This document shows, piece after piece, positions 18,186 through 28,044 of a DNA stretch of 55,256 nucleotides. The DNA is from a virus. The DNA is taken from IMG/VR virus record IMGVR_UViG_3300045988_123498; one strand, given 5' to 3'. The notes beneath the pieces are model-generated. The model saw nothing but the letters and a program-made list of their open reading frames with translations. It had not been told where the DNA came from and made no database searches. Position 1 is the stretch's first letter. Each line of letters opens with the position of its first letter. The position numbers and the translations under genes were made by a program.

Positions 18186-19961
18186 TTAGTTCTCTGCTCG
18201 ATAGAGTTCAAGTGCGATGGCGCTATGCGGCTTCACAAGAGCACCACTGATACGTGTTTCAATCAGGTATTTATTCTGGTTGTAGTCGATGTCGAAGTCC
18301 TCGAACATGTTGATTGAACCACCCTTATCTGCACCTACCTTGTAGTCCTTAAGGTTTACAATAATACCCATGAGCGGCTTACCAGTAGCACCGTTCATAT
18401 TTTCCATGACAGGTACGGTAACAATCTTTGATACACGAAGAGCAGTAGCGAGCTTATCGACGCTATCGTAGATTACACGACCGTTCTTATCTTCCATGAG
18501 AAGACAGTCTGTGACATAGTCTTCGGTAGTGTAGAGAACCGGATTACCAGAACCTTTATAGTCTTTACGAGTCTTAATAATTGTTCGAATAAATTCTTTA
18601 GCAACTTCATCGGAAGTAGCGGCCTTTGCGACGTTTACCTTAGCCTTGATGGTATACAGGTCGTTGTCTTTATAAATGGCGCGAAGGTTCTGGTCATTGA
18701 TACGGTTGGGGTCATCAGGATTACGACCATCACCAACCAAAATCGCCCTAGCAATTTCTTCGTCAAGCATAGTACGCATTTCAGACTTAATAAATGACAC
18801 AACATCGAAATCGGTGATATCAATGATGTCATCCCTGTCGAGCTTCTGCTTCTTGTAAATAGTAACAGGAGTAGTTACCCTGCGAAGAGCAAGAATAACT
18901 TCATCCATTTTGACGTTACCCTTCATATAACCCTTAGCGCGAGCCTCATCTGCAGTGATGTCAGCAAAAATGCTCTTAATTCTAGAGAACGGACTGTGAC
19001 TTACTGAACTCATAACCTGATTAACCCAATCAGTATCACGCTTGATTAACTCAGGCGTGGGGGTAGCATTCTTTGCGTCAGGGAACAGATAGTCAATATT
19101 GCTGATGCCATATTCGTCTGCATGCTGAAGGTACGACTTCTTGAGAGAACCCATACTCTGTGCGTCGTTAATAATAGTATTTAACGCAGTATGAATAAGT
19201 TCGTCGTTCGTATTATTTGTTTCCGGATTACTGTTTTTTTCGAAAAGATTCTTCATCGATTCATTATCTCCTTCTGAATGATTAATTTTGTCTTCGTTAT
19301 CTTTTTTATTATTTTCTGTATCTGTTTTTTTATCGTTTTTATCGTCATTGAGTTCACCAGACATAGCAAGGCCAATCAATGCGTAAAACACTTTTAACTG
19401 CTCGTCATTAAAAGTTTTAATGACATCTTCTACGGTTCGATTGTCGGCGTCAGGATTATTCGAATTATTCTCCGGTTTGTTATTTTCATTGTCGTCGGCA
19501 TGAGATAACTCAATACCTTCGACACCAGAATAAATAATCGCTTCTGAATCCATACCATCACTGTGCATAATAACATCATCAATCTTAGCACCCGGATTAG
19601 CTCCGGCTAAGACCAAAGATACTTCTCTGATGTTTCCATGTCGTACACAACCGTCATTTTCCTGCAGCTGATTCGCATAAATCGACAGAGAAGTAATGTC
19701 ACCGTGCTGAACCAGTGCTTTTCCTCGCTGACCGTCATTAGTATCGTTAAAGCTACAATATGCATATACGCCCTCATTAGGAACGTTCTTAAGCATAGCA
19801 TGGCCTAAAACGCGACTAGGGTCTTGATGGTCATGATTCCATACGAGGGGCACTTTATCGTTGTCATTATCAGCAAACGCGTTGTTGAGAATGATTCTAC
19901 CATCAGTGCACCTTACGTTAGACTTAGACGCCCAACCACTAAAATCATATGTCATTGCCAT
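18186..19961 (-). CDS. Prohead protease - major capsid protein fusion (HK97-type)
   Basis: The N-terminal ~130 aa resemble the HK97-family prohead protease (VPLVWNHD...LGHA...SLSIYAN...IREVSLVLAGANPGAKI). An N/D/E/K-rich linker follows, then ~340 aa of HK97-like capsid. Confidence 0.85.
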   Translation of the reverse strand: MAMTYDFSGWASKSNVRCTDGRIILNNAFADNDNDKVPLVWNHDHQDPSRVLGHAMLKNVPNEGVYAYCSFNDTNDGQRGKALVQHGDITSLSIYANQLQENDGCVRHGNIREVSLVLAGANPGAKIDDVIMHSDGMDSEAIIYSGVEGIELSHADDNENNKPENNSNNPDADNRTVEDVIKTFNDEQLKVFYALIGLAMSGELNDDKNDKKTDTENNKKDNEDKINHSEGDNESMKNLFEKNSNPETNNTNDELIHTALNTIINDAQSMGSLKKSYLQHADEYGISNIDYLFPDAKNATPTPELIKRDTDWVNQVMSSVSHSPFSRIKSIFADITADEARAKGYMKGNVKMDEVILALRRVTTPVTIYKKQKLDRDDIIDITDFDVVSFIKSEMRTMLDEEIARAILVGDGRNPDDPNRINDQNLRAIYKDNDLYTIKAKVNVAKAATSDEVAKEFIRTIIKTRKDYKGSGNPVLYTTEDYVTDCLLMEDKNGRVIYDSVDKLATALRVSKIVTVPVMENMNGATGKPLMGIIVNLKDYKVGADKGGSINMFEDFDIDYNQNKYLIETRISGALVKPHSAIALELYRAEN

Positions 19962-21207
19962 TTATTTTATCTCCATTTTGATTTTGTTCTTTATTTAAAT
20001 TAATATTTTCGTTTACAGTTTCCGTTTCTTTAGGCTGAGAAATATTCGGATTAACAAGTTTATCATCCTTGCTATCACCGGTAGGTTTAAATCCTATTAT
20101 CTGTCGAATCTCGTTAGATGTCATTATCTCGTTTCGTTTCATAGTATCTGATATAGACGCTATCTTGTCTACAGTAACTAATTTAAACGGGTCTCTAAAG
20201 AATTCTATACTTTGATGTTGAGACCGAGCAGTTTTTGTCAAAAACTTACGCTTCATTTCGTTTGTGAACGCCGATATTATAGGTTCGACAACGCGAGTAT
20301 AATAATTCAACATCATTATTTCATCAGCTCTTCCGTTAAGTATATCTTCCGTTATACCTAATTGAGAGTAAAACGTGTCGGTTAGATACTTTATCTGTTC
20401 TGGTAAGTTATTCTCAAGTGACCGATTCAATTGTGTCACTTTTTCACTCGAATCTATGTAACCTATACCATATCTAGAACCAACAAGTTGCTTTTCTATA
20501 GACTCAAGACGCTCTTGCGCTCTCTGTTCCATAAGATTTGTTCTTGTACTAAACGGTAACTGTATAATCAAGTTCAGTTTTCCTCGACTCTGTTCTTCAT
20601 CGAACGCGTCAAGTAGACTTAACTTTCTATTTAATCTACTGATAGTAGAGTTAGGCTCATTCATTATTGAATAAAACGGATTCTCCACTATGCATGTCGA
20701 ATTCTTAGGTACAACAATGTCATACCTTTTACCGTCTTCTTCATTATACACGGACACTTTCACATGCATCGGATACCATTCTAAGATTTTACCAACTCTC
20801 ATATTGTATATATCGTACGATTCAGTATTAAAAATATCACCGTTAGTCAAGACAGGAACTAATGACACGCTACCATTATACAGCATAGTTTCTACAGCGT
20901 CTTGTATCAAATATCTACCGGTTTGGTCGATATTTGCGCTTAAATTAAGACATTCGTCAAGCGGACTGTGAATTATTTCTTTAAAACGACCCATCTCATC
21001 TAGCTTAACATGGTGAATGTTTACGTATGACACATCCATAGCTATCTTAGTGTAAATAGACGTTTGTAAATTCTTTATGCCATATTGGTACCCGTATAAT
21101 CTATCCGACCTAACGGATGAACTCATACCGATATCGCGGTATTCAATAGTGGGGTCTCTATTTTTAAAAACTGACCACACGTCTTTTAATTTACTTAGAA
21201 TTCCCAT
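19945..21207 (-). CDS. Portal protein
   Basis: 420-aa ORF between the TerL region and the capsid gene. Size and position fit a portal. It contains the 83-nt segment duplicated in the RNR gene. Confidence 0.75.
   Translation of the reverse strand: MGILSKLKDVWSVFKNRDPTIEYRDIGMSSSVRSDRLYGYQYGIKNLQTSIYTKIAMDVSYVNIHHVKLDEMGRFKEIIHSPLDECLNLSANIDQTGRYLIQDAVETMLYNGSVSLVPVLTNGDIFNTESYDIYNMRVGKILEWYPMHVKVSVYNEEDGKRYDIVVPKNSTCIVENPFYSIMNEPNSTISRLNRKLSLLDAFDEEQSRGKLNLIIQLPFSTRTNLMEQRAQERLESIEKQLVGSRYGIGYIDSSEKVTQLNRSLENNLPEQIKYLTDTFYSQLGITEDILNGRADEIMMLNYYTRVVEPIISAFTNEMKRKFLTKTARSQHQSIEFFRDPFKLVTVDKIASISDTMKRNEIMTSNEIRQIIGFKPTGDSKDDKLVNPNISQPKETETVNENINLNKEQNQNGDKINGNDI
20530..20612 (-). repeat. 83-nt segment about 94 percent identical to 35665..35747 (inside the RNR gene)
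   Basis: Portal copy: cataagatttgttcttgtactaaacggtaactgtataatcaagttcagttttcctcgactctgttcttcatcgaacgcgtcaa. RNR copy: cataagatttgttcttttattaaacggtaactgtataatcaagttcattttttctcgactctgttcttcatcgaacgtgtcaa. Confidence 0.85.
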
Positions 21208-21248
21208 ATAACTCCATTTTGATTTTTACAATTTTATCTTATTTGTCA

Positions 21249-21512
21249 TCAGAGAAATAAACGATATGTTCTTTCTTTGATAAGTTCATATCGTTCGTTA
21301 TCAGCAGTAGGAATCTCTACAGAATGCATTATAAGAATGTCTCTTAACCAACGTGCATGAGTAAACTCATCTTTAGACATCTCGAAAAACCCCTTCGCCT
21401 TTTTACTAAACGCAACGTCTGCTCTCATTTTCGAACCGAGTTCATAATATTTGTCAGAGTCATTAAGTTCTTCTTGAAAGTCCTTAAGTATAGATTTAGT
21501 GTCGATTTCCAT
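21249..21512 (-). CDS. Hypothetical 87-aa protein
   Basis: ORF with a GGAGATAATAAT RBS between TerL and portal. Confidence 0.75.
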   Translation of the reverse strand: MEIDTKSILKDFQEELNDSDKYYELGSKMRADVAFSKKAKGFFEMSKDEFTHARWLRDILIMHSVEIPTADNERYELIKERTYRLFL

Positions 21513-21619
21513 ATTATTATCTCCTATTCAATCATGTATTGATACTCAAGTTTCGGTTTTATAAAATATGCAATGGAATCGCCTCTTTTCAAAGAATTCG
21601 CCCCTAACCAAATAGTTTA

Positions 21620-23362
21620 TTAATCAAACATGTCTCTGTGAAGTTTAAAACTTACAAATGCGTCGAGCAAAGCTGCTACGGCGTCAATTTTTTCGTCGTT
21701 TCTCTTTTTAGTGAGTTTTCTGTTTTTATTAGTATCCTCCATAACGATACAATTACCCATACAAAATTGCATGATGTTTTGGTCGAAATGTAGTAACCGA
21801 CCTTCTGCTAATTTCTTTATTTCCCCTAACGGTACGGATTCTGTTTTAAAACCTTGTATAACTTTTTCTATACCGTATGGCCCAAAATCTCGTTCCCATT
21901 TTTCTACGAATGTTCCTGCGTTAAACGGGTCATATCCTAAGCATCGAACATCCAATTGTTGGTCAATTATGTATTGATATAATTCCTCGTACACATAACT
22001 TAAATCCAAAATAGTACCGTTTGTGACAATTAAACTACCTTCGTCAATAAAAGTCTCATAAGTACTTCTAAGTGCTAATGGTAATTTATACAAGGTTTGT
22101 TCTGTTATGTAATTACGTGTTTTTATGCCATAGTTCTCGTTTCCCATCGGGAACAGGAAAGTGAAAGAGCAGAAATCATCGCCTCTCGATAAGTCCGCTC
22201 CTAATGCACACGGAAGTTGTCTATAGTCGCTAACTATATTAGATTTCAACGTTTCTTCGTAAGTAAAGAAATAGGTATAACCTTCCATTGGTAAGCCAAA
22301 ACGTTTAGCAAGTATTTCGTTTCTTACTGATGGGTTATTTTCTGCGCGTTCAACGTCTAACTGATATGTTTCATAAGAAACAGTCAAACCTATATTAGGA
22401 TTAGCTTTCACCCACATTTCAGGATGAGAAACTTCTGCGACATCGTCCAGTTTATACCACCATATAGACACATGCGGATTGTAGTATTCGCCTTTTAAAA
22501 TTCGCATTAACTCCATTTTGATTGTATCGCCCGGGCCGTTCCTGACATTTCCTTCTGACGACGTAGCTACAATAACATAATCGTTATTTTTAGATGAACC
22601 TTGCTCTACAGCAGCAACTACATCTTCTCTTATATCGCACGACAGCCATTCATCGATTGTATTAACCGAACTTCTTAGACCTTGAAGTTTGTCTATAGAC
22701 ATAGGATACACTTCTAGTGTAGAACCGTTTAATCTGTTCTCTATTCCCTTTTTAGTAGACGCTAATTTTTGTCTTGTCTCTGGGTCTCCGGTTGTATTAT
22801 ACTTAGAACCAATTGTCAATACCTTGAAGACAGGCCCCCGTTTTCGCAAAATAGCTGTTTTTAAAGGACCTATTACTTCTTCTGCTTGGCGCATCGTGTA
22901 TGCTACAGTAACTTGTTTAGATGCTTTCTTATTTACAGTTAGAAAGTATGCCTGTATACATGAATCATACAATGTCTTAGCCGCTCCTCGACCTACTATA
23001 AGGTATTGTTTGCTGCGTAGTCGTTTTTTAATACGTTTGTTAACATATCGACCTCCGCCAGTCCCGTCTGGTACATAAACACTTTTTGTTATAAAGTAAT
23101 ACCATCCTAGTAAATCTTCAGCCCATAGTTTAAACGAATCTAATAAACGTAAATCGTCTCCGTCTGTTAAAGTCAATTCATTTTCACAAAAAAATATAAA
23201 TCCTTCCACAATACTATCATCATAGTAATAGTTAGGATTCTGTATTAATTCGTCTATGCGGTTCATCTGCATTTCGACTTGCTTGTTTACAAAAATTTCT
23301 CCGCGTATTACTTTTTGTCTAAACATAGAATAATACTTTGGAGCAGCAACATTTGATAACAT
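21620..23362 (-). CDS. terL: Terminase large subunit
   Basis: 580 aa with Walker A-like LIVGRGAAKT, TIDEW, a C-terminal nuclease region LGADLSRGDDF...LGYDP, and EKIDAVAALLDAF. This is the typical Terminase_1 architecture. Confidence 0.92.
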   Translation of the reverse strand: MLSNVAAPKYYSMFRQKVIRGEIFVNKQVEMQMNRIDELIQNPNYYYDDSIVEGFIFFCENELTLTDGDDLRLLDSFKLWAEDLLGWYYFITKSVYVPDGTGGGRYVNKRIKKRLRSKQYLIVGRGAAKTLYDSCIQAYFLTVNKKASKQVTVAYTMRQAEEVIGPLKTAILRKRGPVFKVLTIGSKYNTTGDPETRQKLASTKKGIENRLNGSTLEVYPMSIDKLQGLRSSVNTIDEWLSCDIREDVVAAVEQGSSKNNDYVIVATSSEGNVRNGPGDTIKMELMRILKGEYYNPHVSIWWYKLDDVAEVSHPEMWVKANPNIGLTVSYETYQLDVERAENNPSVRNEILAKRFGLPMEGYTYFFTYEETLKSNIVSDYRQLPCALGADLSRGDDFCSFTFLFPMGNENYGIKTRNYITEQTLYKLPLALRSTYETFIDEGSLIVTNGTILDLSYVYEELYQYIIDQQLDVRCLGYDPFNAGTFVEKWERDFGPYGIEKVIQGFKTESVPLGEIKKLAEGRLLHFDQNIMQFCMGNCIVMEDTNKNRKLTKKRNDEKIDAVAALLDAFVSFKLHRDMFD

Positions 23363-23380
23363 TCTTATAGTTCCTTTTTA

Positions 23381-24853
23381 TTACGTTTTAGCCGGTAGCA
23401 TTAACTGTCTAGAATCAATTTTATTAAAATAGTCGATTAAAATATCATTTATTTCATCGAACGATTTATCGAAGTCTAAATCGTTTATATTTTTGTCTTT
23501 CATATTATTAACAGTCTTCTTAGCTTTATCAGCTGCTTTTTTAATATCATTTTTAATCTCTTTATTAACTGATTTAGACCCTCCGGTTAACGTTTCAATA
23601 ATAGGTGATATTGCTTTTCCGATTATTTTCTGACCGCCAGCTTTAATCGGAGGAGCAACTATGTCTTTTAAGAACCATCCTCCAAGCTTAGACAGTGCGC
23701 TTTTTTTAGCAATCGGTGCATATCTCTGTATATCCCATATCTTCTTGTTCAGCAATAAATCTTCTTCTTCTTTTAAGTCTTTTAACTTTTTGTTCTCTAT
23801 TATTAATTTTATTGCTTTTCGATTACTATCCGGCTTCTTATTTATTTTATCTATTCGTTTTTTAACAGCTAACTGTTCTTTGTAATTTTGGCCTATCCTA
23901 CGTCTGCCAGCAGAGGTTAAAGACCCGTCATAATTCTGATATCGTCTAACACCCCATCTTTGTCCTTTTATGCCGTGATGTTGTAAAATATCATTTGTAA
24001 AATCTACGCTCCAAGCAACTGCCTTTTTCTTAGCTTTTTCACGCCATTCTATGGCCGCTTTAGCTGCTTTCCGTTCTTCACCTCTAGAAATACTATTAAT
24101 AGAATCAGTTTTCAAAAGGTTTCTATCAAATATTATCAATGGGTCGTATCCTTCTTTTACTTGTCCGTAACGCCCTCCGATAGACGCCTCGTCAGCCATA
24201 GCATTATATCCCATTTTAGATAATCTACTTATAACTTCATCTTTAAGCTTGGTATTTAATCCAAACGTTTGCGCGGCATAAAATGCCAATTGGTCAGCAT
24301 TCATACCTTTATAAACGTTATGTATTTGCTCATCTACAAATTTTTTGGCTTTGTTTTCATAATTATATTTAACAAGGTCGCTAAGCATACGACTTCCAAA
24401 GAGCATTAAACTTCTATTCCAAACTATATCATGCAGTGTTTTATTTTTATCTTCGTTTATTACATCTGAAATTACTTTCGATTGAGTCTGACGGCTTGGT
24501 ATTTTTAAGTCTTTCTTTAAAGTAAACTTATACTCGTAAGAATTATACGAATAAGCGGTATTTCTAACCCATCCGCCCTTATACAAATTCCGTTCTGGGT
24601 CTAAATATGTTACATAAACAGAACCATTTTGATTTTCGTTTGGATTCACAGACGTGCGATACATTTTTGTACCAGCCGGTATAGAACGTTCTTCCGTTAA
24701 GAATTCTCGACTTTCAATTTTGTTAGCCGATTTATTAACTTCTTTTCCATACCGTTCTCGTCCTTCAGCAGTCCACGACCCATCTGGATTCTGGTATCGT
24801 CTAACACCCCATCTTTGTCCAATTATACCATGATGTTGTAACTCATATCCCAT
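23381..24853 (-). CDS. Protein with two HHGI.GQRWGVRRYQN.DGS motifs (function unknown)
   Basis: 490 aa. The motif occurs at aa ~7-25 and again at aa ~290-310, and the C-terminus is K-rich. It sits in the packaging/head module. Confidence 0.85.
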   Translation of the reverse strand: MGYELQHHGIIGQRWGVRRYQNPDGSWTAEGRERYGKEVNKSANKIESREFLTEERSIPAGTKMYRTSVNPNENQNGSVYVTYLDPERNLYKGGWVRNTAYSYNSYEYKFTLKKDLKIPSRQTQSKVISDVINEDKNKTLHDIVWNRSLMLFGSRMLSDLVKYNYENKAKKFVDEQIHNVYKGMNADQLAFYAAQTFGLNTKLKDEVISRLSKMGYNAMADEASIGGRYGQVKEGYDPLIIFDRNLLKTDSINSISRGEERKAAKAAIEWREKAKKKAVAWSVDFTNDILQHHGIKGQRWGVRRYQNYDGSLTSAGRRRIGQNYKEQLAVKKRIDKINKKPDSNRKAIKLIIENKKLKDLKEEEDLLLNKKIWDIQRYAPIAKKSALSKLGGWFLKDIVAPPIKAGGQKIIGKAISPIIETLTGGSKSVNKEIKNDIKKAADKAKKTVNNMKDKNINDLDFDKSFDEINDILIDYFNKIDSRQLMLPAKT

Positions 24854-24856
24854 AAA

Positions 24857-25183
24857 TTAATTCTCCATTCCTAATCGGAATTCTAATTCCCGAATTAAAT
24901 TTTCATATGACGATAAGGTCGATGAAGACGGAGGGTCGAACAATATTTTAACACGAGCATATATGTATGTTTTTAAAGATTGGAACGATGACACTTTATC
25001 CTTTAATAAATCAGACCAACTTGTAGTTTTATCGGTGATATAGAAATCGTAATCTATGGCACCAACTTGTTTTAACGTTATAAAACAAGTATTTATGTAT
25101 GTTACCAATTCCTCGTCAAAGCAGTCATCGTCCAAGTCTATCTCTAACATGTTTTTTATAGTTGTTAATATACTTTCTTCCAT
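24857..25183 (-). CDS. Head-tail connector (gp6-like) candidate
   Basis: I place the start at ATG 25183 (MEESILTTIKNMLEIDLDDDCFDEELVTYINT...). This resembles the .IK..LRID.DD.D..L pattern of connector/adaptor proteins. The track start 25240 overlaps the HNH gene. Confidence 0.65.
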   Translation of the reverse strand: MEESILTTIKNMLEIDLDDDCFDEELVTYINTCFITLKQVGAIDYDFYITDKTTSWSDLLKDKVSSFQSLKTYIYARVKILFDPPSSSTLSSYENLIRELEFRLGMEN

Positions 25184-25187
25184 GTAA

Positions 25188-25598
25188 TCACCATAATTTA
25201 GTATCATTCTTAAATCTAGGCGTGTATTCAAAAGAACCATTGTCTCGGGAATAATGTATTAAATTATGCGTATTGTAGCGAACACAGACTAAATTGTTCA
25301 TGTCTATAAGTTTAGGACTATGATTGATTATATCGTCATAAGTAATCGGAACTATATGATGTATCATTATTCGGTCATGCTTGGTATTTATGTCATAACC
25401 TTCTAAAGCCATATCACATCCATTGTCACGTATGATAACATTTCTTCTAATCTTCTTCCATTCTTCTGACATATAAAATTTTTGATTAAAATATCTATTT
25501 CCGCCGAAAGTGTTTTCACAAACATTAGAAAATAAACGTAAATAATCAAGTCTTTCGTCAAACGTTTTTAATACTATTAATTCGTTATAGTTCTTCAT
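25188..25598 (-). CDS. HNH endonuclease
   Basis: Motif RDNGCDMALEGY...HHIVPITYDD...NLVCVRYNTHNLIH, near the terminase as usual. The track start 25628 is TTG and the first ATG is at 25598. Confidence 0.8.
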   Translation of the reverse strand: MKNYNELIVLKTFDERLDYLRLFSNVCENTFGGNRYFNQKFYMSEEWKKIRRNVIIRDNGCDMALEGYDINTKHDRIMIHHIVPITYDDIINHSPKLIDMNNLVCVRYNTHNLIHYSRDNGSFEYTPRFKNDTKLW

Positions 25599-25884
25599 CT
25601 TCGCCTGAATATTTCGTGAAAGCTTCAATAGCTTTTAAATATAATTCTTTGTCTTCCCTAGAATCGTTTATGGCGTTTGTCTTGGCTGCTTTGAGTGCAT
25701 TGTCTGCCTTCAGCGATTCCAACTCAAGCTGATACTTAACCGTAGCCAGTCTCAGATAATGAGTTATTATCTGAGAGGAGGCAGTTCCTTCTATAAGCTG
25801 TTTTTCAGCAGCATCCATCGCCAAAGATATCAAATGATTTTCTTTTCCTTCTTGGGTTAAAAAGCTAGCTTTTTTATTAGCCAA
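25585..25884 (-). CDS. 99-aa helical protein (small-terminase position, unproven)
   Basis: TTG start preceded by GGAGGAGGAGGTAACA. The protein is coiled-coil-like. No motif assigned. Confidence 0.7.
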   Translation of the reverse strand: MANKKASFLTQEGKENHLISLAMDAAEKQLIEGTASSQIITHYLRLATVKYQLELESLKADNALKAAKTNAINDSREDKELYLKAIEAFTKYSGEDEEL

Positions 25885-25941
25885 TGTTACCTCCTCCTCC
25901 CATTTTGATTTTTAATTTTTATTTAACATGAGTCGGTTATC

Positions 25942-26811
25942 TTAACCGATATGATAACCAACCCATTTGTCGAATTTACGAGCGCTCTCTTTGTTACGAC
26001 GTCTAACAGTCTTGTCTCTGGCTCCGTTCCTCCATATATCAGATAAATACTTTGCGTCTTTATCTGATATAGGCAAAGCTTTATGGAAAGATACATCGTT
26101 ATTATTAAAAAGTATCATCGACTCAACGAAATTTTGTCTTTTGTTATCGCTACCGAATTTTACATCAAAATCGTCGATGATAGCATTATAACCTTGGTCG
26201 CTTAAGTTTTTAAAGAAAGCGCGCTTAGCTTTCGAATCTTCCATGAAAGTTCCTACGAATGAAATGTATGCTCTATCTAAGGCGTCGTCTTTTTCAATGT
26301 TTTTAACTTCATTTAAAAACTCTTTAACTAATTTATTTCTATAGACTTTTTCGCCTTTATCGATACCGGGTTCATCAGCTTTATACATCTCTTTAGCAGC
26401 ATCCTTAACCTTTAAACCGTCAAACGATTTAATAAACGCATCCATTACTTTCTCATAAGATGGTATAATTACATTCTTATTTAATTTCATCGTTGCTATT
26501 TCACCGGTGTCATTATTTACCATTTCGACATGCAATCCAGCGCCGTCTAGTCCAGCACTAGCAGAAGCGTAATTAAAAGCGTCAATTTTGTCGAGAGTCA
26601 CATACATTCTGCGACCCGGTTCCTTGGTATGAAATTGTCCTTTTTGTTGAACTCGATATACTTCGGTACCTTTATCGATTTTTATATCATTGTCTCTATC
26701 TTGTCCGAGAAACTTTCCGTGTTTTCCTTTAGGATAAGGTTGATAACGTCTAATGCCCCACTTTTGTCCTTTTACGCCATGGTGATATATCTCATTATTT
26801 ACGCATATCAT
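25942..26811 (-). CDS. Protein with N-terminal YHHGVKGQKWGIRRYQ motif
   Basis: 289 aa with the same N-terminal motif as 23381..24853. Confidence 0.85.
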   Translation of the reverse strand: MICVNNEIYHHGVKGQKWGIRRYQPYPKGKHGKFLGQDRDNDIKIDKGTEVYRVQQKGQFHTKEPGRRMYVTLDKIDAFNYASASAGLDGAGLHVEMVNNDTGEIATMKLNKNVIIPSYEKVMDAFIKSFDGLKVKDAAKEMYKADEPGIDKGEKVYRNKLVKEFLNEVKNIEKDDALDRAYISFVGTFMEDSKAKRAFFKNLSDQGYNAIIDDFDVKFGSDNKRQNFVESMILFNNNDVSFHKALPISDKDAKYLSDIWRNGARDKTVRRRNKESARKFDKWVGYHIG

Positions 26812-26823
26812 TTCTCATATATT

Positions 26824-27684
26824 TCACTTCGTTTTATACAAAGTTCCGATTAAATTAGCTCCATTAATTGTGAGCTTAGTTTCAACTTTCGCAGGAACGA
26901 TATTAGTGAAGTTAGCATGGTTATTAACAAACATATTAAGAGCATAATCAGTTTTACGACCATACTTACCGTCTTCTAAGAGAGGTTTTCCGTTCATGTC
27001 ATGATAATGCATATCATTCAGAAACTTCTGAAGTTTCTTTACGTCTTCGCAACTAATAAGTCCTTCTTGTCCAAAAATAATAGGTTCCATATTGTTCTCC
27101 TTCCCGTAATCATAGTACCCTATATTCATATCTACATCTCCGATAATACCGGTTACTTTTCCGACACCATACTGCCAAATTTTGTAATCACCGGTGTATT
27201 TCGGTTTACCTGTAGTATATTCAGCCAGCCAAATATCATATTTCTTTACTACTTCAGCTGGAATCATATGCATAAGCCAATATCGAGAGCTGTACAGCAT
27301 TGGTATGTATTTACCATCGGATAAGATGGTTTGACAAAACGCGTCAATAATCTTACCTCTCATTGCGAGACTCATATCTTCGAAGTGTTTAGACTCAAAG
27401 TCAAACACAACAGGGTATGTTAACTTATACTGTGAACATTCTTTAATTACCCTTTTTGCCTCAGCCACAGCGTCATCTATTGTTTTCGCTTTACTATAGA
27501 CATACACACCAACCGGAATATCATTTTCTATAGCATTTCGCATGTTAGTGTGAAAACACTCGTCTACTCTACTTTTACCTTGTAAACACTTGATGAAGGC
27601 GAAATCTATTCCATATTCTTTTACCGCTTTCCAATTAATGTTACCTTGATAATGAGATACGTCAATACCTGATAATTTTGTCAT
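26824..27684 (-). CDS. Endolysin: GH25 muramidase + PG_binding_1-like domain
   Basis: The sequence GIDVSHYQGNINWKAVKEYGIDFAFIKC...VGVYVYS is the GH25 signature. A C-terminal peptidoglycan-binding repeat follows (VKKLQKFLN...LEDGKYGRKTDYALNMF). I place the start at ATG 27684 after GAGGA; the track start 27693 is TTG. Confidence 0.9.
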   Translation of the reverse strand: MTKLSGIDVSHYQGNINWKAVKEYGIDFAFIKCLQGKSRVDECFHTNMRNAIENDIPVGVYVYSKAKTIDDAVAEAKRVIKECSQYKLTYPVVFDFESKHFEDMSLAMRGKIIDAFCQTILSDGKYIPMLYSSRYWLMHMIPAEVVKKYDIWLAEYTTGKPKYTGDYKIWQYGVGKVTGIIGDVDMNIGYYDYGKENNMEPIIFGQEGLISCEDVKKLQKFLNDMHYHDMNGKPLLEDGKYGRKTDYALNMFVNNHANFTNIVPAKVETKLTINGANLIGTLYKTK

Positions 27685-27689
27685 AAATA

Positions 27690-28001
27690 TCAATCCTCAT
27701 AAATAATTGCTAAACCGTAAGCTTTCGCGATTTCGTGTTCAATTTTGCAGCCCCTAGCTGTTTCCCATCCTTTTACAAAATATACAGCGTCACACTTAGA
27801 CATTACATCTAATGATTTAGCTAAGTATGCTACTGGTGTATGTTTAGTATCATCTGTGATGAAACCGTCGTCAGTGAAAAAATTATCAATCACATCATAA
27901 CCAAATGTTTCTAACGTGTGAATGGCGTTTTCTCTAGTTTTGATGATTTTATCACTAGAGAGGTCTTTCATCGGTTGTGAAATCATTATTGTTAGTTTCA
28001 T
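27690..28001 (-). CDS. DUF4406 / nucleoside 2-deoxyribosyltransferase-like protein
   Basis: Start at ATG 28001 after AAGGAGA. The pattern MKLTIMISQPM......W..ARGCKIEHEIA matches the ISGPM...W..S.G...E pattern of this family. Confidence 0.6.
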   Translation of the reverse strand: MKLTIMISQPMKDLSSDKIIKTRENAIHTLETFGYDVIDNFFTDDGFITDDTKHTPVAYLAKSLDVMSKCDAVYFVKGWETARGCKIEHEIAKAYGLAIIYED

Positions 28002-28044
28002 GGGTTTAGTCTCCTTTGTCATATTTAATATTTTAATTCGGTCG

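Noticed and set aside
21513-21619. The 107-bp gap between the TerL gene and the 87-aa ORF could be a pac site or promoter.
   Set aside because: I could not find a convincing hairpin, repeat or promoter-like motif there by eye, so nothing can be supported beyond its being a short intergenic spacer.
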